Positions 1 through 10,224 of a DNA stretch of 64,000 nt are shown here, piece after piece. Under the pieces are notes generated by a model that did not search any database, was not told where the DNA came from, and saw nothing but the letters and a program-made list of their open reading frames with translations. The DNA is taken from assembly GCA_044342325.1 (NCBI GenBank), contig JBIIPZ010000007.1, forward strand, positions 29,738-93,737, read 5' to 3'. The translations under genes and the position numbers were made by a program. Every line of letters begins with the position of its first letter. Position 1 is the stretch's first letter. The stretch comes from Terrimicrobiaceae bacterium. Lineage in GTDB: Bacteria > Verrucomicrobiota > Verrucomicrobiia > Chthoniobacterales > Terrimicrobiaceae.

Positions 1-348
1 GCTTTTGTGTTTGCAGACGAAGTGGAGGCCTTTGTTGCGAACGAGGGCGCCGGGGAGGAGTCCGCTCTCGCAGAGAATTTGAAAGCCGTTGCAGATGCCG
101 AGGACTGTGCCCCCGGATGCGGCGAAACTTTTTACCGTTTGCATGATCGGCGAGAAGCGGGCGATGGCTCCGCAGCGGAGGTAGTCGCCGTAAGAGAAGC
201 CTCCAGGAATGATGACGGCGTCGAAGCCGGCGAGCGAGGTATCCTTGTGCCAGACGAAGTCGGCAGAGGCGCCGGGAAGGTTATTGAGAGCGAGAACGCA
301 GTCCTGGTCGCAGTTCGAGCCAGGGAAGCGGATGACGGCGAATTTCAT
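1..348 (-). CDS. purQ: Phosphoribosylformylglycinamidine synthase subunit PurQ (runs off window start)
   Basis: Hand translation from ATG 348: [16 protein letters not shown]...[17 protein letters not shown]...[11 protein letters not shown]. Overlaps the purS stop (TAATG). Not in the ORF track because it is truncated. Confidence 0.93.
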   Translation of the reverse strand, partial: MKFAVIRFPGSNCDQDCVLALNNLPGASADFVWHKDTSLAGFDAVIIPGGFSYGDYLRCGAIARFSPIMQTVKSFAASGGTVLGICNGFQILCESGLLPGALVRNKGLHFVCKHKS

Positions 349-575
349 TATTTGCTGATCGAGTAGTCCTCGATGACGGGGTTGGAGAGGAGGTCTTTGG
401 AGATGCGGTGGATTTCGGAGTCTGGCGTCGAGTCGGGGAGTTCGAGTTCGATGACTTTGCCAATGCGGACGCGTCCCACGCCGGTGAGGCCGAGGTGGCG
501 TATGGCTTCAGCGGCGGCGGCGCCTTGAGGGTCGAGGACGGATGGTTTCGGCAGAACGGTTACGAGGACTTTCAT
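348..575 (-). CDS. purS: Phosphoribosylformylglycinamidine synthase subunit PurS
   Basis: [18 protein letters not shown]...VRIGKVIEL...[10 protein letters not shown]; directly upstream of purQ. Confidence 0.93.
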   Translation of the reverse strand: MKVLVTVLPKPSVLDPQGAAAAEAIRHLGLTGVGRVRIGKVIELELPDSTPDSEIHRISKDLLSNPVIEDYSISK

Positions 576-2191
576 GGTGCGGAGGTTTTCGTTTCGGGAT
601 GATCTGAACAAGAGGATTTTTTATTTTTTCTGAATTGGATGAGCGAAATGGCGAGTGCAAGCAGGCTTATGACCAGACAGGAAATCGAAAAGACTTCGCC
701 GTAGCGTGTGAAGAAGGTCGGCTGAGTGGATGTGGGGACATTGATTTTGCTGAAGAGAACGCCTTGGAGAAAGGTGCTGCCCGAGGGGTCGCGGAGGACC
801 TCGCGGACGACGCCGAGGCGGTCGATGGCACATGTGACACCGGTGTTTGCGGCGCGGATCATGGGGGTTTTATTTTCTACGCAGCGGAAAATGGCGTTGT
901 TGAGGTGCTGAACCGAGCCAGCGCTTTTGAGAAACCATCCATCATTTGTGACGACCACGAAGGATTGGGCTCCGAGCAATGCGAAGCGGCGTGCGAGATC
1001 GGCGACGGTATCCTCAAAGCAAACGAGCGGTCCGAGTTTCACTGGCTTTGATTGAAGTTCGAGGACGGTATATTCCTTTCCGGCGTCGAAGTCCGAGGGC
1101 ACCAGATCGCCTACGATTTTGGCGAGAAGCGGGAATTCCTCGCGCAGCGGGACATACTCGCCGAAGGGAACGAGGTGCATTTTGTGGTGGAGTTGGGCTT
1201 CCTTCCCCTGCTTGGTCAACAAGGCGATAGAGTTGTAGTCGCCATCGTTGCCCCAGTGGGCTGTTCCAATGAGGAGGTCTCCCGTGTATTGCTCGGCGAG
1301 TCCTCGAACGAGGTCCCAGGTGAATTGATTGCCGAGAAGCGGGTTGGGCGTGGAGGATTCAGGCCAGAGAATCAGGTCGGGCGCCATGGCGATCGCCGGG
1401 AGGGTTTGGTTTTTTAGAGTTTCGAGAACCTCAAGTTCGAAGTTTGGATCGTTGCGGACATTTTGAGGAATGTTCGGCTGAATGGCGGCGAAGCTGAGTG
1501 GTTCGCTAGCTGGTTCCGGGCTGAAAAGTTGCCGGACGCCGTAGCTCCATGTGAGGGCGACCAAGGCTATGGTGATGGCAAAGTCATAGTGTGCACGCCG
1601 CGCGCCGCGTTTGATTTCGAGGAGCAGGCGTTTAACGGTCGCCGCGAGCATGAGGTTGGTCATCGCAACCAAAAAGGAAATTCCTCCTACGCCGGTGATG
1701 TCGGCGATCTGTATGAGGGCGATATTTTCATGCAGTGCAATGCCGAGACCATTCCATCCGAAGGCCGGAAAAATAACGCCACGGAGCCATTCCAGTGCGA
1801 CCCATGCGGCAGCGCCAAGGACGCAGACGCGAAGATTGTGGATCGACCGCAGCCAGGATTCTTCGCTGGTGCTAGTGTTGACGAGTGCTCTGGCGAACAG
1901 CGTCCATGCGCTGAAATAAAACGCGAAATACAAAACAAGCAGCACATAGCCAGGCCAGGTGAGTGTCGTGAGCCAGTAAGCGCTCATCGCAAAAAAGACC
2001 AACCCGCTTGCGTAGCCGAGGCACGCTGTTCTCAGCCAATCCCGCCGCCTCGCCGGCTGGCAAAACCAGACCGCGCATACAAGCGGGGTTAGCGCCACCC
2101 AGCAAAGATCGCCAAGACCAAATGGGGGATAGCACAAACCAAGAAGCAGCCCGCTTAACAATGCCAAAAACCAAGGAAACACACGCGACAT
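572..2191 (-). CDS. lnt: Apolipoprotein N-acyltransferase
   Basis: Multi-TM N-terminus plus nitrilase triad motifs WPES, HKMHLVPFGEY, VCFED and TNDGWF, RAANTG. Start placed at MSRVFPW. Confidence 0.93.
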   Translation of the reverse strand: MSRVFPWFLALLSGLLLGLCYPPFGLGDLCWVALTPLVCAVWFCQPARRRDWLRTACLGYASGLVFFAMSAYWLTTLTWPGYVLLVLYFAFYFSAWTLFARALVNTSTSEESWLRSIHNLRVCVLGAAAWVALEWLRGVIFPAFGWNGLGIALHENIALIQIADITGVGGISFLVAMTNLMLAATVKRLLLEIKRGARRAHYDFAITIALVALTWSYGVRQLFSPEPASEPLSFAAIQPNIPQNVRNDPNFELEVLETLKNQTLPAIAMAPDLILWPESSTPNPLLGNQFTWDLVRGLAEQYTGDLLIGTAHWGNDGDYNSIALLTKQGKEAQLHHKMHLVPFGEYVPLREEFPLLAKIVGDLVPSDFDAGKEYTVLELQSKPVKLGPLVCFEDTVADLARRFALLGAQSFVVVTNDGWFLKSAGSVQHLNNAIFRCVENKTPMIRAANTGVTCAIDRLGVVREVLRDPSGSTFLQGVLFSKINVPTSTQPTFFTRYGEVFSISCLVISLLALAISLIQFRKNKKSSCSDHPETKTSAP

Positions 2192-2342
2192 GGTGCGAAA
2201 TACAAAACCCCCGGGAGTGAAAAGACAACGCCCTTCTCGCAACGAGGTCTGTGAGGTTCAGGCGATGCTGGAATTTGAGCGCTTTTCGGAAAAAGAGACT
2301 TTTAATTTGCGGTCGCCAGATTGCTGGATCAAGTTAGGTCAA

Positions 2343-3164
2343 ATGCCCAGTCGACACTGCTTTCTCGCTCTCATTTTCTTGATTCTGGCACAGGGATTTA
2401 TCTTTGCCACGGCTGATCTAGAATTTGAAAAGTTTGCCATGAACCTCAGGGAAAAAGCCATTCTCCGAGTCGAGCCTCCCACTGTTTCCACCCAAGCCCC
2501 ATCCTCGCTCGGGTTGACCCGATATCCTTGGAAGCGCAACATCGTGACCACTGTTTTCTGGGTCGGTGAGAAGCCCACGCGGAACAACCCTGTGCCGAAT
2601 TGCAAGAGTTCATGGGATACGGAGTGGCATCAAAGTTTTGGAGGGTATGACAACCCCGATCCGAGCACCCGTCGTGGATTTTTCCCGAAGTTCAGTCCGC
2701 GTCAGAACCCCTTCTATGTGGCACTTCCTTTTAACGACGTAACTCGCGGAAAGACCAAGCCTGAGTCGCGCCGTGTGATTCCATGGTTCCGCGAGGCTTT
2801 TGAAAAAGAGGGGAAGTCTGTGTGCAAGGGACGCTGGGTGGCAATCCGGCGCGGAAATCGTATCGCCTATGCCCAGTGGGAGGATTGCGGTCCCTTCCGA
2901 ACGGACCACTGGCAGTATGTGTTCGGCAACGAGCGTCCGAGGCCCAACCTCAACCAAGGCGCTGGGCTCGATGTTTCCCCAGCGGTGCGGGATTATCTTG
3001 GTATGAGCGGCAAGGATGTGTGCGATTGGAAATTTGTGGATTTCCGGGAGGTGCCGCCGGGACCCTGGACGAAATACGGGGACAACAACACCTTTGTGCT
3101 TCAGCAGCGTGGAGCCAATCTGTTCCTCACCGATCGCAATAACGCGCGTGGTGCTCGGCGGTGA
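2343..3164 (+). CDS. Exported hypothetical protein, possible RlpA/DPBB-like fold
   Basis: Hydrophobic signal-like N-terminus; PFYVALP...WVAIR...AQWEDCGP...LDVSPAVRDYLG resembles double-psi barrel motifs. Confidence 0.55.
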   Translation: MPSRHCFLALIFLILAQGFIFATADLEFEKFAMNLREKAILRVEPPTVSTQAPSSLGLTRYPWKRNIVTTVFWVGEKPTRNNPVPNCKSSWDTEWHQSFGGYDNPDPSTRRGFFPKFSPRQNPFYVALPFNDVTRGKTKPESRRVIPWFREAFEKEGKSVCKGRWVAIRRGNRIAYAQWEDCGPFRTDHWQYVFGNERPRPNLNQGAGLDVSPAVRDYLGMSGKDVCDWKFVDFREVPPGPWTKYGDNNTFVLQQRGANLFLTDRNNARGARR

Positions 3165-3169
3165 TTTTG

Positions 3170-3529
3170 TTATTCCGCCGCGCTCGCCTTGAGTTCCTCG
3201 ATTGAGGCAAACTCCAGAGTCGAAGCGTGGGTAGCTTCCAAGACGACTCGGGGAGCCATTCCCGCGTCGTAAGCATCCTTCCATCGACTGGCGCAGAGGC
3301 ACCACTTGTCGCCGGCCTTTAACCCTGGAAATTCATACTCTGGTCGGGGTGTGGACAGATCGTTTCCCTGCTCGAGGGAAAACTTCAGGAAGGCATCGGT
3401 CATCACCGCGCACACCGTATGCACGCCCGTGTCTCCATTTCCGGTATGGCAATGGCCATCGCGGTAGTATCCGGTTAGTGGTTCGTAGCAGCAGGGCTCC
3501 AGATCGCCTCCTAAAACATTTCTTGCCAT
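3170..3529 (-). CDS. DUF2237 family protein
   Basis: NVLGGDLEPCC..PLTGYYRDGHC...GVHTVCA...GNDLSTPRPE...GDKWCLCASRW. Confidence 0.88.
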   Translation of the reverse strand: MARNVLGGDLEPCCYEPLTGYYRDGHCHTGNGDTGVHTVCAVMTDAFLKFSLEQGNDLSTPRPEYEFPGLKAGDKWCLCASRWKDAYDAGMAPRVVLEATHASTLEFASIEELKASAAE

Positions 3530-3623
3530 GGGCAACACCTACGCGAACGCCGGAGGCAATTCCAGATACAAAAAACTTCGTCGCATGGATTGCGGCGTGC
3601 GCTTAGTTTCGCGGGCACTGCTC

Positions 3624-4379
3624 ATGATTTTGGAATTACTGGAATGGTGCCTCACGCCTGCCTCGCTGAGTGCAAGAACCAACGGCCTCCTTGCCGAGCA
3701 GATCGCCATACGTCACCGCGCCAATCGTTGCCGCAGTTCATGGCAAAGCCATCTTCAATCCTGCAAAAGCTTTCTCGCCCGCCAACTTTCCAGCGGGAAT
3801 CATGTGGCTGTTCTCGGAAGTGGGCATCTGCGCGATATCGACCTCCGGCATTTGAAAAGCAACTTCTCCCGCATCACTCTCATTGATGTGGTCCACCCGC
3901 TGGAGGTGCAAATCCTGGCATTGTTCTCTGGCGGTCGGATTCAGCTCTGCTCGCGAGATCTCTCCGGAGCGCTGCATTTGAGGGATCCCTCCCAGCCCAT
4001 CGCCCTGGACAAAAATCTTCGTAGTCTCTTGGAGGGGGCGGATGCGTTGGTCTCCTGTTGCCTCCTGACGCAGCTTGCACTGCCGATCGCGCATCGCTGG
4101 GGAAAGCGCTTCGACGCCGCCTTGGTCGAAGCCGGCGCGCACAGCATCCAGCAAAATCACATCGACCTTCTCGAAAGTTCCCCGGCGGCTATTTTGATCA
4201 CAGACACTGCGCAACGCTATGGCAATGACGAATGGTCTCCGCCGCTCAGCGAGGTCCGCCTGCCTGCACCCGATCAAAGTTGGCTCTGGGACATCGCTCC
4301 CGCCACGGAGCATGGTCTCAAAGGTCTCGGAGCCGAACAACGCCGCGTTGAAGCGTTTGTTTTAGGTAGGCGTGGTTAG
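3624..4379 (+). CDS. Hypothetical protein, Rossmann/SAM-methyltransferase-like
   Basis: VAVLGSG...ITLIDVVH motif I/II-like pattern; fills the gap before kdsA. Confidence 0.55.
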   Translation: MILELLEWCLTPASLSARTNGLLAEQIAIRHRANRCRSSWQSHLQSCKSFLARQLSSGNHVAVLGSGHLRDIDLRHLKSNFSRITLIDVVHPLEVQILALFSGGRIQLCSRDLSGALHLRDPSQPIALDKNLRSLLEGADALVSCCLLTQLALPIAHRWGKRFDAALVEAGAHSIQQNHIDLLESSPAAILITDTAQRYGNDEWSPPLSEVRLPAPDQSWLWDIAPATEHGLKGLGAEQRRVEAFVLGRRG

Positions 4380-4428
4380 GACACGAAAATCTTTGCCCAT
4401 TCGCGACGAGAGAATAGGATATCTGCAC

Positions 4429-5250
4429 ATGGCAAAACGTCGTATTCTCAAGGTCGGCTCTCAATCCATTGGAGGGCGTGAGTTGCTTTTCATCCTCGGT
4501 CCCTGCGTGATCGAGAGTCCGGCCTTCACCCGTCGCATGGGTGCTAAAATCAAGGCCATTTGTGATGGCGAAGGCGTTGGATTTGTTTTCAAAGCCTCTT
4601 ACGACAAGGCAAACCGCACTTCGAACAAATCCTTCCGAGGCACATCCGCTCACGATGGATGCGCCTTGCTTGCGGAAATCGGCGCCGATCTGGGCGTTCC
4701 GGTGACGACGGATATCCACTCTCCGGAAGAGGCGGAAATAGCCGGGCAATTCGTGGACATACTTCAGATCCCGGCCTTTCTTTGCCGCCAGACCGATCTG
4801 ATAGTTTCCGCAGCCAAGACAGGCCGCATTGTGAATGTCAAAAAGGGTCAGTTCCTGGCACCTTGGGACATGAAAAATGTCGCTTTGAAGCTCGAGGCCG
4901 CGGGTTGCAAGGATTACATCTTCACTGAGCGGGGCACGACTTTTGGCTACAATAATCTGGTCGCTGACATGCGTTCCATTCCTTGGATGCAGGAGCTGGG
5001 TTGTCCTGTCGTCTTTGACGCCACCCACTCTGTGCAGCGCCCCGGCGGGGCAGGGGAGACCACCGGGGGCGATGGCAAGCTGGCACCCGTTCTCGCGCGA
5101 GCCGCTGTGGCAGCGGGCTGCGATGGTGTCTTTCTGGAAACCCACGAAAATCCAGCCAAGGCCTTGTCCGATGGGCCAAATCAAGTGCCGCTCCGCGATC
5201 TGCCGCGATTGATCAAACAACTGAAAGCCCTGCGCGATGTCGTGGTCTGA
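4429..5250 (+). CDS. kdsA: 3-deoxy-8-phosphooctulonate (KDO8P) synthase
   Basis: GPCVIES, FKASYDKANRTS, QIPAFLCRQTDL, NVKKGQFLAP, FDATHSVQRPGG. Confidence 0.97.
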   Translation: MAKRRILKVGSQSIGGRELLFILGPCVIESPAFTRRMGAKIKAICDGEGVGFVFKASYDKANRTSNKSFRGTSAHDGCALLAEIGADLGVPVTTDIHSPEEAEIAGQFVDILQIPAFLCRQTDLIVSAAKTGRIVNVKKGQFLAPWDMKNVALKLEAAGCKDYIFTERGTTFGYNNLVADMRSIPWMQELGCPVVFDATHSVQRPGGAGETTGGDGKLAPVLARAAVAAGCDGVFLETHENPAKALSDGPNQVPLRDLPRLIKQLKALRDVVV

Positions 5251-5692
5251 TTTTTCCCGCATTCTCGTTCTTGCCTCGATGGTTGCTTCTCTCCATGCCG
5301 AGAAAGCCTCCAGTGAACCAGCAGACTTTGATTTGCCTGTTCCAGTCGGCATGCCGGTGAATGGCATCAAGGTTCCTCAATATGCTGAAGACGGCAGGCG
5401 TCTCATGCTTTTCGAGGCGGCCGTTGCGAAAAAAGTCGATGATCAGCGAGTCGAGATGGAGAGCCTCAAGCTCGAAGCGCTCGATGGCGAAGGGCGGAAA
5501 ATTTTCGTTGAACTGCCGCAGGCGCTCTTTAACCTCGAAACTCGCATCCTGACCGGAGAAAATTCCGCAAAAATCTCTCGCGAGGATTTTGAAATCACCG
5601 GTGACAGTATCGAGTTCAACACCAAAACCCGCTTTGGAACCCTGCGGGGAAATGTAAAGATGGTTATCTCCACAGAAGGAAATCCCAAATGA
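5237..5692 (+). CDS. lptC: LptC-like LPS export protein
   Basis: Lies between kdsA and lptA/lptB; beta-jellyroll-type sequence ending LRGNVKMVI. Confidence 0.65.
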   Translation: MSWSDFSRILVLASMVASLHAEKASSEPADFDLPVPVGMPVNGIKVPQYAEDGRRLMLFEAAVAKKVDDQRVEMESLKLEALDGEGRKIFVELPQALFNLETRILTGENSAKISREDFEITGDSIEFNTKTRFGTLRGNVKMVISTEGNPK

Positions 5693-6273
5693 TCAACTGT
5701 AAATCCGGCTTTCTGGCTCTCCTGGCCTTAATTTTCACTCTGATTCCGGCTGACGCCCAAGAAGCCAAAGCCTCCATGTCGGCCGCCCCCAAGACAGGCA
5801 AATCTCCCGGCCTTTTTAATATCGCTGGGGGTGAACGCCCGACTGGAGCGAAGACCGAGATCACAGCGACCAAGGAATCCAGTTTCGACAGCGAAAAAAA
5901 TGTCGCCGAATTTACTGGGCGCGTCGTCGTGAGGGATGTTCAGTTCACGCTCACCTGCGACCGGCTCAAAGTCTCACTCAGCCCCGATCGGAAAGGCATT
6001 GCCGTGGCCGAGGCTCAAGGGAATGTTCTCATCGTCCAAGAAAAGTCCGATCCCAAAAGCAACGCGCAGCAAGCTATCGGACGCGCGGGAGAGGTGACCT
6101 ACAAGCCCGACTCCGGCGAGGTCGTGCTCCGCGATTGGCCTTCAATCCAGCAGGGGATCAACAACCAGGTTGCCACCGAGCAATCTACCATCATGATCCT
6201 GCGTAGCAGCGGTCAATCCCGCACCATTGGTGGAAGCAAAACTCTGATCGCCGACACCGCGAAGCCGCAATGA
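5689..6273 (+). CDS. lptA: LptA/OstA family LPS transport protein
   Basis: Signal peptide; TEITA...FTGRVVVRD..FTLTCDRL...AEAQGNV; ATGA overlaps with both neighbours. Confidence 0.75.
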   Translation: MINCKSGFLALLALIFTLIPADAQEAKASMSAAPKTGKSPGLFNIAGGERPTGAKTEITATKESSFDSEKNVAEFTGRVVVRDVQFTLTCDRLKVSLSPDRKGIAVAEAQGNVLIVQEKSDPKSNAQQAIGRAGEVTYKPDSGEVVLRDWPSIQQGINNQVATEQSTIMILRSSGQSRTIGGSKTLIADTAKPQ

Positions 6274-7010
6274 GCGCGATACCGGAAAAACCGCTCCTCC
6301 ACACCGAAGGTCTCGTGAAGGTTTACAACCGGCGCGCTGTGGTCAATGGCGTCGATATCAATGTCAAAAAAGGCGAGATCGTTGGACTCCTCGGCCCGAA
6401 CGGAGCGGGAAAGACAACGACATTTTATATGATCGTCGGCCTCGTGCGCCCGAATGGCGGTAAGGTGTTTTTTCGTGGCGAAGATGTCACCTCCATGCCG
6501 ATGTATCGCCGAGCGCGGCATGGCATGGGTTATCTTCCACAGGAGGAATCGATCTTCCGCAAACTCACGGTGGAGGAAAACATCCTCGCCATACTGGAGA
6601 CAACAGGACTTCCCAAGAAGGCTCGCAAAGAACGCTGCGACGAGCTTCTTACCCGCTTCGGCATCGAGCACATTGCCAAGAACGAGGCTCTGACCCTTTC
6701 GGGAGGAGAAAAGCGCAGGCTCACCATCGCGCGCTCACTGGTCACGAATCCTTCGCTCCTCATGCTTGACGAGCCATTCAGCGGCGTCGACCCCATAGCC
6801 GTTCATGATGTGCAGCAGATCATTCAAGATTTGCGGGAGCAGGGTCTCGCCATTCTCATTACGGATCACAATGTTCGTGAAACCCTCAATATCGTAGACC
6901 GCGCCTACTTGATCTTCGAAGGCCGTGTGGAGAGTCAGGGGAATAAAGAATTTCTTTTGAACGATCCGATCAGCCGCAAGCTCTACTTGGGCGAATCCTT
7001 CTCGATGTGA
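6270..7010 (+). CDS. lptB: LPS export ABC transporter ATPase
   Basis: GLLGPNGAGKTT, GYLPQEESIFRKLTV, LSGGEKRR, LDEPFSGVDPIAV, ITDHNVRETL. Confidence 0.96.
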   Translation: MSAIPEKPLLHTEGLVKVYNRRAVVNGVDINVKKGEIVGLLGPNGAGKTTTFYMIVGLVRPNGGKVFFRGEDVTSMPMYRRARHGMGYLPQEESIFRKLTVEENILAILETTGLPKKARKERCDELLTRFGIEHIAKNEALTLSGGEKRRLTIARSLVTNPSLLMLDEPFSGVDPIAVHDVQQIIQDLREQGLAILITDHNVRETLNIVDRAYLIFEGRVESQGNKEFLLNDPISRKLYLGESFSM

Positions 7011-7092
7011 TCGAGGTTCGCAGTGCTGGTTTGCATAAACGCTCAGCGCGGTTTACTTGTGTCCCCATTCCGCAGCACTTTTCAAGACTTTC

Positions 7093-8064
7093 ATGCCCGC
7101 CAACAGTAAACCGTTTAAAAAAGTAAGCCACATAACGGTTGGCCATTTTTATGCGAATCACGCAGAGAAGCTCGGGCTCAGGCTGGAAGGCAGTTCGCGC
7201 GGCCTGAACCGCCTCATTCGCGAGCCGACCATTAATCGTCCCGGCTTGGCGCTATCCGGTTTCTTCAGCTACTTCGCCGTGAAACGCATTCAGGTTCTCG
7301 GGGCTGCGGAACTCAGCTATCTCAAGAGTCTCCCGGTCGCGACACTCAAGGAACGCGCCCGCGGGTTGCTCTCCCGCAATATGCCCTGCCTTGTTGTGGC
7401 AAGAAACGCTCCGGTTCCCACGGCAATTCTGGACGCCGCCGCCGAGTTCGAGACCCCCGTGCTTCGCACAAGCATGATTACGATGAAATTTATCAATGCG
7501 GCCACGATCCTTCTCGAGACGGATTTCGCGCCCTCAACGACGGAGCACGGGAGCATGGTAAGTATTCTGGGCGTCGGAACGCTTATTCGCGGCGCAAGCG
7601 GCATCGGAAAGAGTGAGTGTGTTCTTGGCCTCATCGAACGCGGCTACAGCCTTGTCAGTGACGATATCACGCGCTTCCGCTCGGTCGAAGGGAGCGAACT
7701 CGTCGGCATGTCGGACAGTATTTCGCGCTACCATATGGAAGTTCGCGGTATCGGAATCATCAACATCGCCTCAATCTTCGGCGCAGGTTCCGTTGTTCCT
7801 CAGAAAAAACTTAACTTCGTCGTCACACTCAAAGATTGGCATGAGGTCGAGAATGTGGATAGGATAGGCCTCGACCGTGAAACATATGAAATTCTGGGCA
7901 TCAAAGTCCCGCATGTCACACTGCCCGTCCGCACTGGGCGCGACATTGCGAGACTGGTCGAGGTGGCCGCGCTGGACCAAAAGTTGAAAGACATGGGCGA
8001 AAACAGCGCACAGGAATTTAATCAAAGACTGCTTCACATGATCAGCGAACGCCGGAACAGATAA
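7093..8064 (+). CDS. hprK: HPr kinase/phosphorylase
   Basis: INRPGLALSGF, HG, Walker A GASGIGKSE, LVSDD, MEVRGIGII. Confidence 0.95.
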   Translation: MPANSKPFKKVSHITVGHFYANHAEKLGLRLEGSSRGLNRLIREPTINRPGLALSGFFSYFAVKRIQVLGAAELSYLKSLPVATLKERARGLLSRNMPCLVVARNAPVPTAILDAAAEFETPVLRTSMITMKFINAATILLETDFAPSTTEHGSMVSILGVGTLIRGASGIGKSECVLGLIERGYSLVSDDITRFRSVEGSELVGMSDSISRYHMEVRGIGIINIASIFGAGSVVPQKKLNFVVTLKDWHEVENVDRIGLDRETYEILGIKVPHVTLPVRTGRDIARLVEVAALDQKLKDMGENSAQEFNQRLLHMISERRNR

Positions 8065-8372
8065 TGGGAATTCTTACGAAAAAAAAGACAGCGGAAGACC
8101 TGCAGAAAACAACCTGCGAGGTGACCATCGACAACCGCAACGGCCTCCATGCGCGGCCGGCCGCCATGTTCGTGAAAATTTCCAGCCGTTACCGCGCTGA
8201 GGTCTGGGTTGAAAAAGATGGCGAGCGGGTGAATGGCAAAAGCATTATGGGCCTCATGATGCTCGCCGCCGGCAAGGGGTCTAAACTCACCATCCTCGCG
8301 GAGGGTGTTGATGCCGAAAAAGCTATAGCCGAGATCAAAAATCTCGTTGAAACCCGATTCGGCGAAGATTGA
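8064..8372 (+). CDS. ptsH: Phosphocarrier protein HPr
   Basis: GLHARPA (phospho-His) and NGKSIMGLMML (regulatory Ser). Confidence 0.95.
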   Translation: MGILTKKKTAEDLQKTTCEVTIDNRNGLHARPAAMFVKISSRYRAEVWVEKDGERVNGKSIMGLMMLAAGKGSKLTILAEGVDAEKAIAEIKNLVETRFGED

Positions 8373-8392
8373 GGTCCGCGGGCTTCTTCTCA

Positions 8393-8421
8393 TTGCCTCT
8401 GATCTTTTTTTCGTTCAAACT
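8393..8421 (+). promoter_or_regulatory. Putative sigma70 promoter for ptsI
   Basis: TTGCCT-17 nt-CAAACT, then 8 nt to ATG 8430. Confidence 0.45.
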
Positions 8422-8429
8422 GCCTGCAA

Positions 8430-10199
8430 ATGCGGGGAGTTGAAAAAGTAAAATCTGAGAAGCGTTTCCACGGCATACCTGTCGCGCAAGGCATCGCTCA
8501 CTTTCCTGCACTCGTTCATTTTGCCGAGGAGGAGGAAATTCTCCCGGAATCAATTTCCAGTGATGAAGTGTCGGCGGAGATCGCCCGCTTCGAGGCTGCT
8601 CTCATTGCTACGCGCATTGAACTTCTCGAAATTCAGCAGAAAATATCGAGTGCCATCGGCGCGCATGATGCCAGTATTTTCGATGCCCACCTACTCGTTG
8701 TGGAGGACCGCACACTCATCGACGAGGTGTTGCGAGGCTTGGAGCGAGACCATCTCTGCATCGAATACATCTTCCAAGAGGTAGCCCGCAAATATTGCAA
8801 GACCCTCGAAGCCATCGACGACCCTTATCTCAGGGAACGCGTCGTGGATATCGAGGATGTCGCCCGCCGCGTCATTCGGCATCTCCTTGGCAAGGCGCCA
8901 CAAAATCCTGCGGCGCATGACCAGTCGCACATCATCGTTGCCCACAACCTCACCCCATCCGACACGGCCCTGTTGGACCGGGACTTGGTGCGCGGCTTTG
9001 TCACAGAGATCGGTAGCAAGACTTCTCATACGGCCATCATGGCCCGCTCGCTGGAGATTCCCGCGATCGTCGGCATGCAGGGCATCTGTCAGCAAATCCA
9101 AATCGGTGATGATATCCTCATCGATGGTTACAATGGATTGCTCATTCTCAATCCGTCGCCGGTCACCTTGCTTGAATATGAGCGCCTCTCACGCGAAAAG
9201 GAACAAGTCGTCGAGAGGTTGCGCCTCATCCGTGAGACCGCTTCCACAACCCGCGATGGCCGACACATCGTGCTTTCGGCGAATATCGATTTGCCCGATG
9301 AAATGTCCGATGTGGCGTCAAATGGCGCAGAGGGAGTGGGCCTCTTTCGAACGGAATTTCTCTATTTGAACCGCACCACCCCACCAACCGAGGAGGAGCA
9401 GTTCGAGCACTACCGCAGCGCTGCCGAGCAGGCTTTGCCCCACAGCGTCATCATTCGCACACTCGACATCGGCGGAGACAAGGTGGCGTCCAGCCTCGAA
9501 ACCTGGGAGGAGGAAAATCCTTTTCTTGGCTGCCGAGCGATCCGCTTCTGTCTCGAAAATCCAGCTATCTTCAAAACTCAGCTCAGGGCGATCTTGCGCG
9601 CCGCCGTGTCAAACAACATCCGCGTCATGTATCCCATGATCTCCGGTATCGAGGAGCTTAGGCGCGCCAATGCCATCCTCGAGGAGTGCAAACAGGAGCT
9701 CGCGGGCGAGGGGATTCCCTTCAATCCGTGGATCGAAGTCGGAGTCATGATTGAAACGCCCAGTGCCGTTCTTGTTGCCGACCACCTCTCACGGGAAGTC
9801 CGTTTTTTCAGCATCGGCACAAACGATCTCATTCAATACTCCATCGCGGTGGACCGCCTGAACGATCGCATCGCCCACCTCTACAATCCCACGCATCCCT
9901 CGATCTTGCGGATGATTAAAATGGTGGTCGAATCCGGTCGCGCCCGTGGCATCTGGACGGGAATCTGCGGCGAGATGGCATCCGACATCCAGCTCACCCC
10001 GTTGCTCATCGGTCTCGGGGTAGAAGAATTGAGCGCCACCAGCGTCATGGTGCCCCGGGTCAAAAAGGCGGTTCAGTCTCTGGATGCTGTGGCCTGTGGC
10101 AAACTGGCTGTGCAGGCGTTGGAGTCCGACGACTCCGCTGCCATCTTGGAACTCAGTCGTTCCATGGCGATGGCGAACTACGCCGATTTGATGGATTAA
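8430..10199 (+). CDS. ptsI: PEP-protein phosphotransferase (PTS enzyme I)
   Basis: TSHTAIMARSL, GVGLFRTEFL, RTLDIGGDK, ENPFLGCRAIR, SIGTNDLIQY, GICGE. Confidence 0.96.
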   Translation: MRGVEKVKSEKRFHGIPVAQGIAHFPALVHFAEEEEILPESISSDEVSAEIARFEAALIATRIELLEIQQKISSAIGAHDASIFDAHLLVVEDRTLIDEVLRGLERDHLCIEYIFQEVARKYCKTLEAIDDPYLRERVVDIEDVARRVIRHLLGKAPQNPAAHDQSHIIVAHNLTPSDTALLDRDLVRGFVTEIGSKTSHTAIMARSLEIPAIVGMQGICQQIQIGDDILIDGYNGLLILNPSPVTLLEYERLSREKEQVVERLRLIRETASTTRDGRHIVLSANIDLPDEMSDVASNGAEGVGLFRTEFLYLNRTTPPTEEEQFEHYRSAAEQALPHSVIIRTLDIGGDKVASSLETWEEENPFLGCRAIRFCLENPAIFKTQLRAILRAAVSNNIRVMYPMISGIEELRRANAILEECKQELAGEGIPFNPWIEVGVMIETPSAVLVADHLSREVRFFSIGTNDLIQYSIAVDRLNDRIAHLYNPTHPSILRMIKMVVESGRARGIWTGICGEMASDIQLTPLLIGLGVEELSATSVMVPRVKKAVQSLDAVACGKLAVQALESDDSAAILELSRSMAMANYADLMD

Positions 10200-10224
10200 G
10201 GACGGGCTCCCAGTCCAACCCTGC

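Noticed and set aside
4318..5370. 350-aa ORF on - strand
   Set aside because: Antisense shadow of kdsA.
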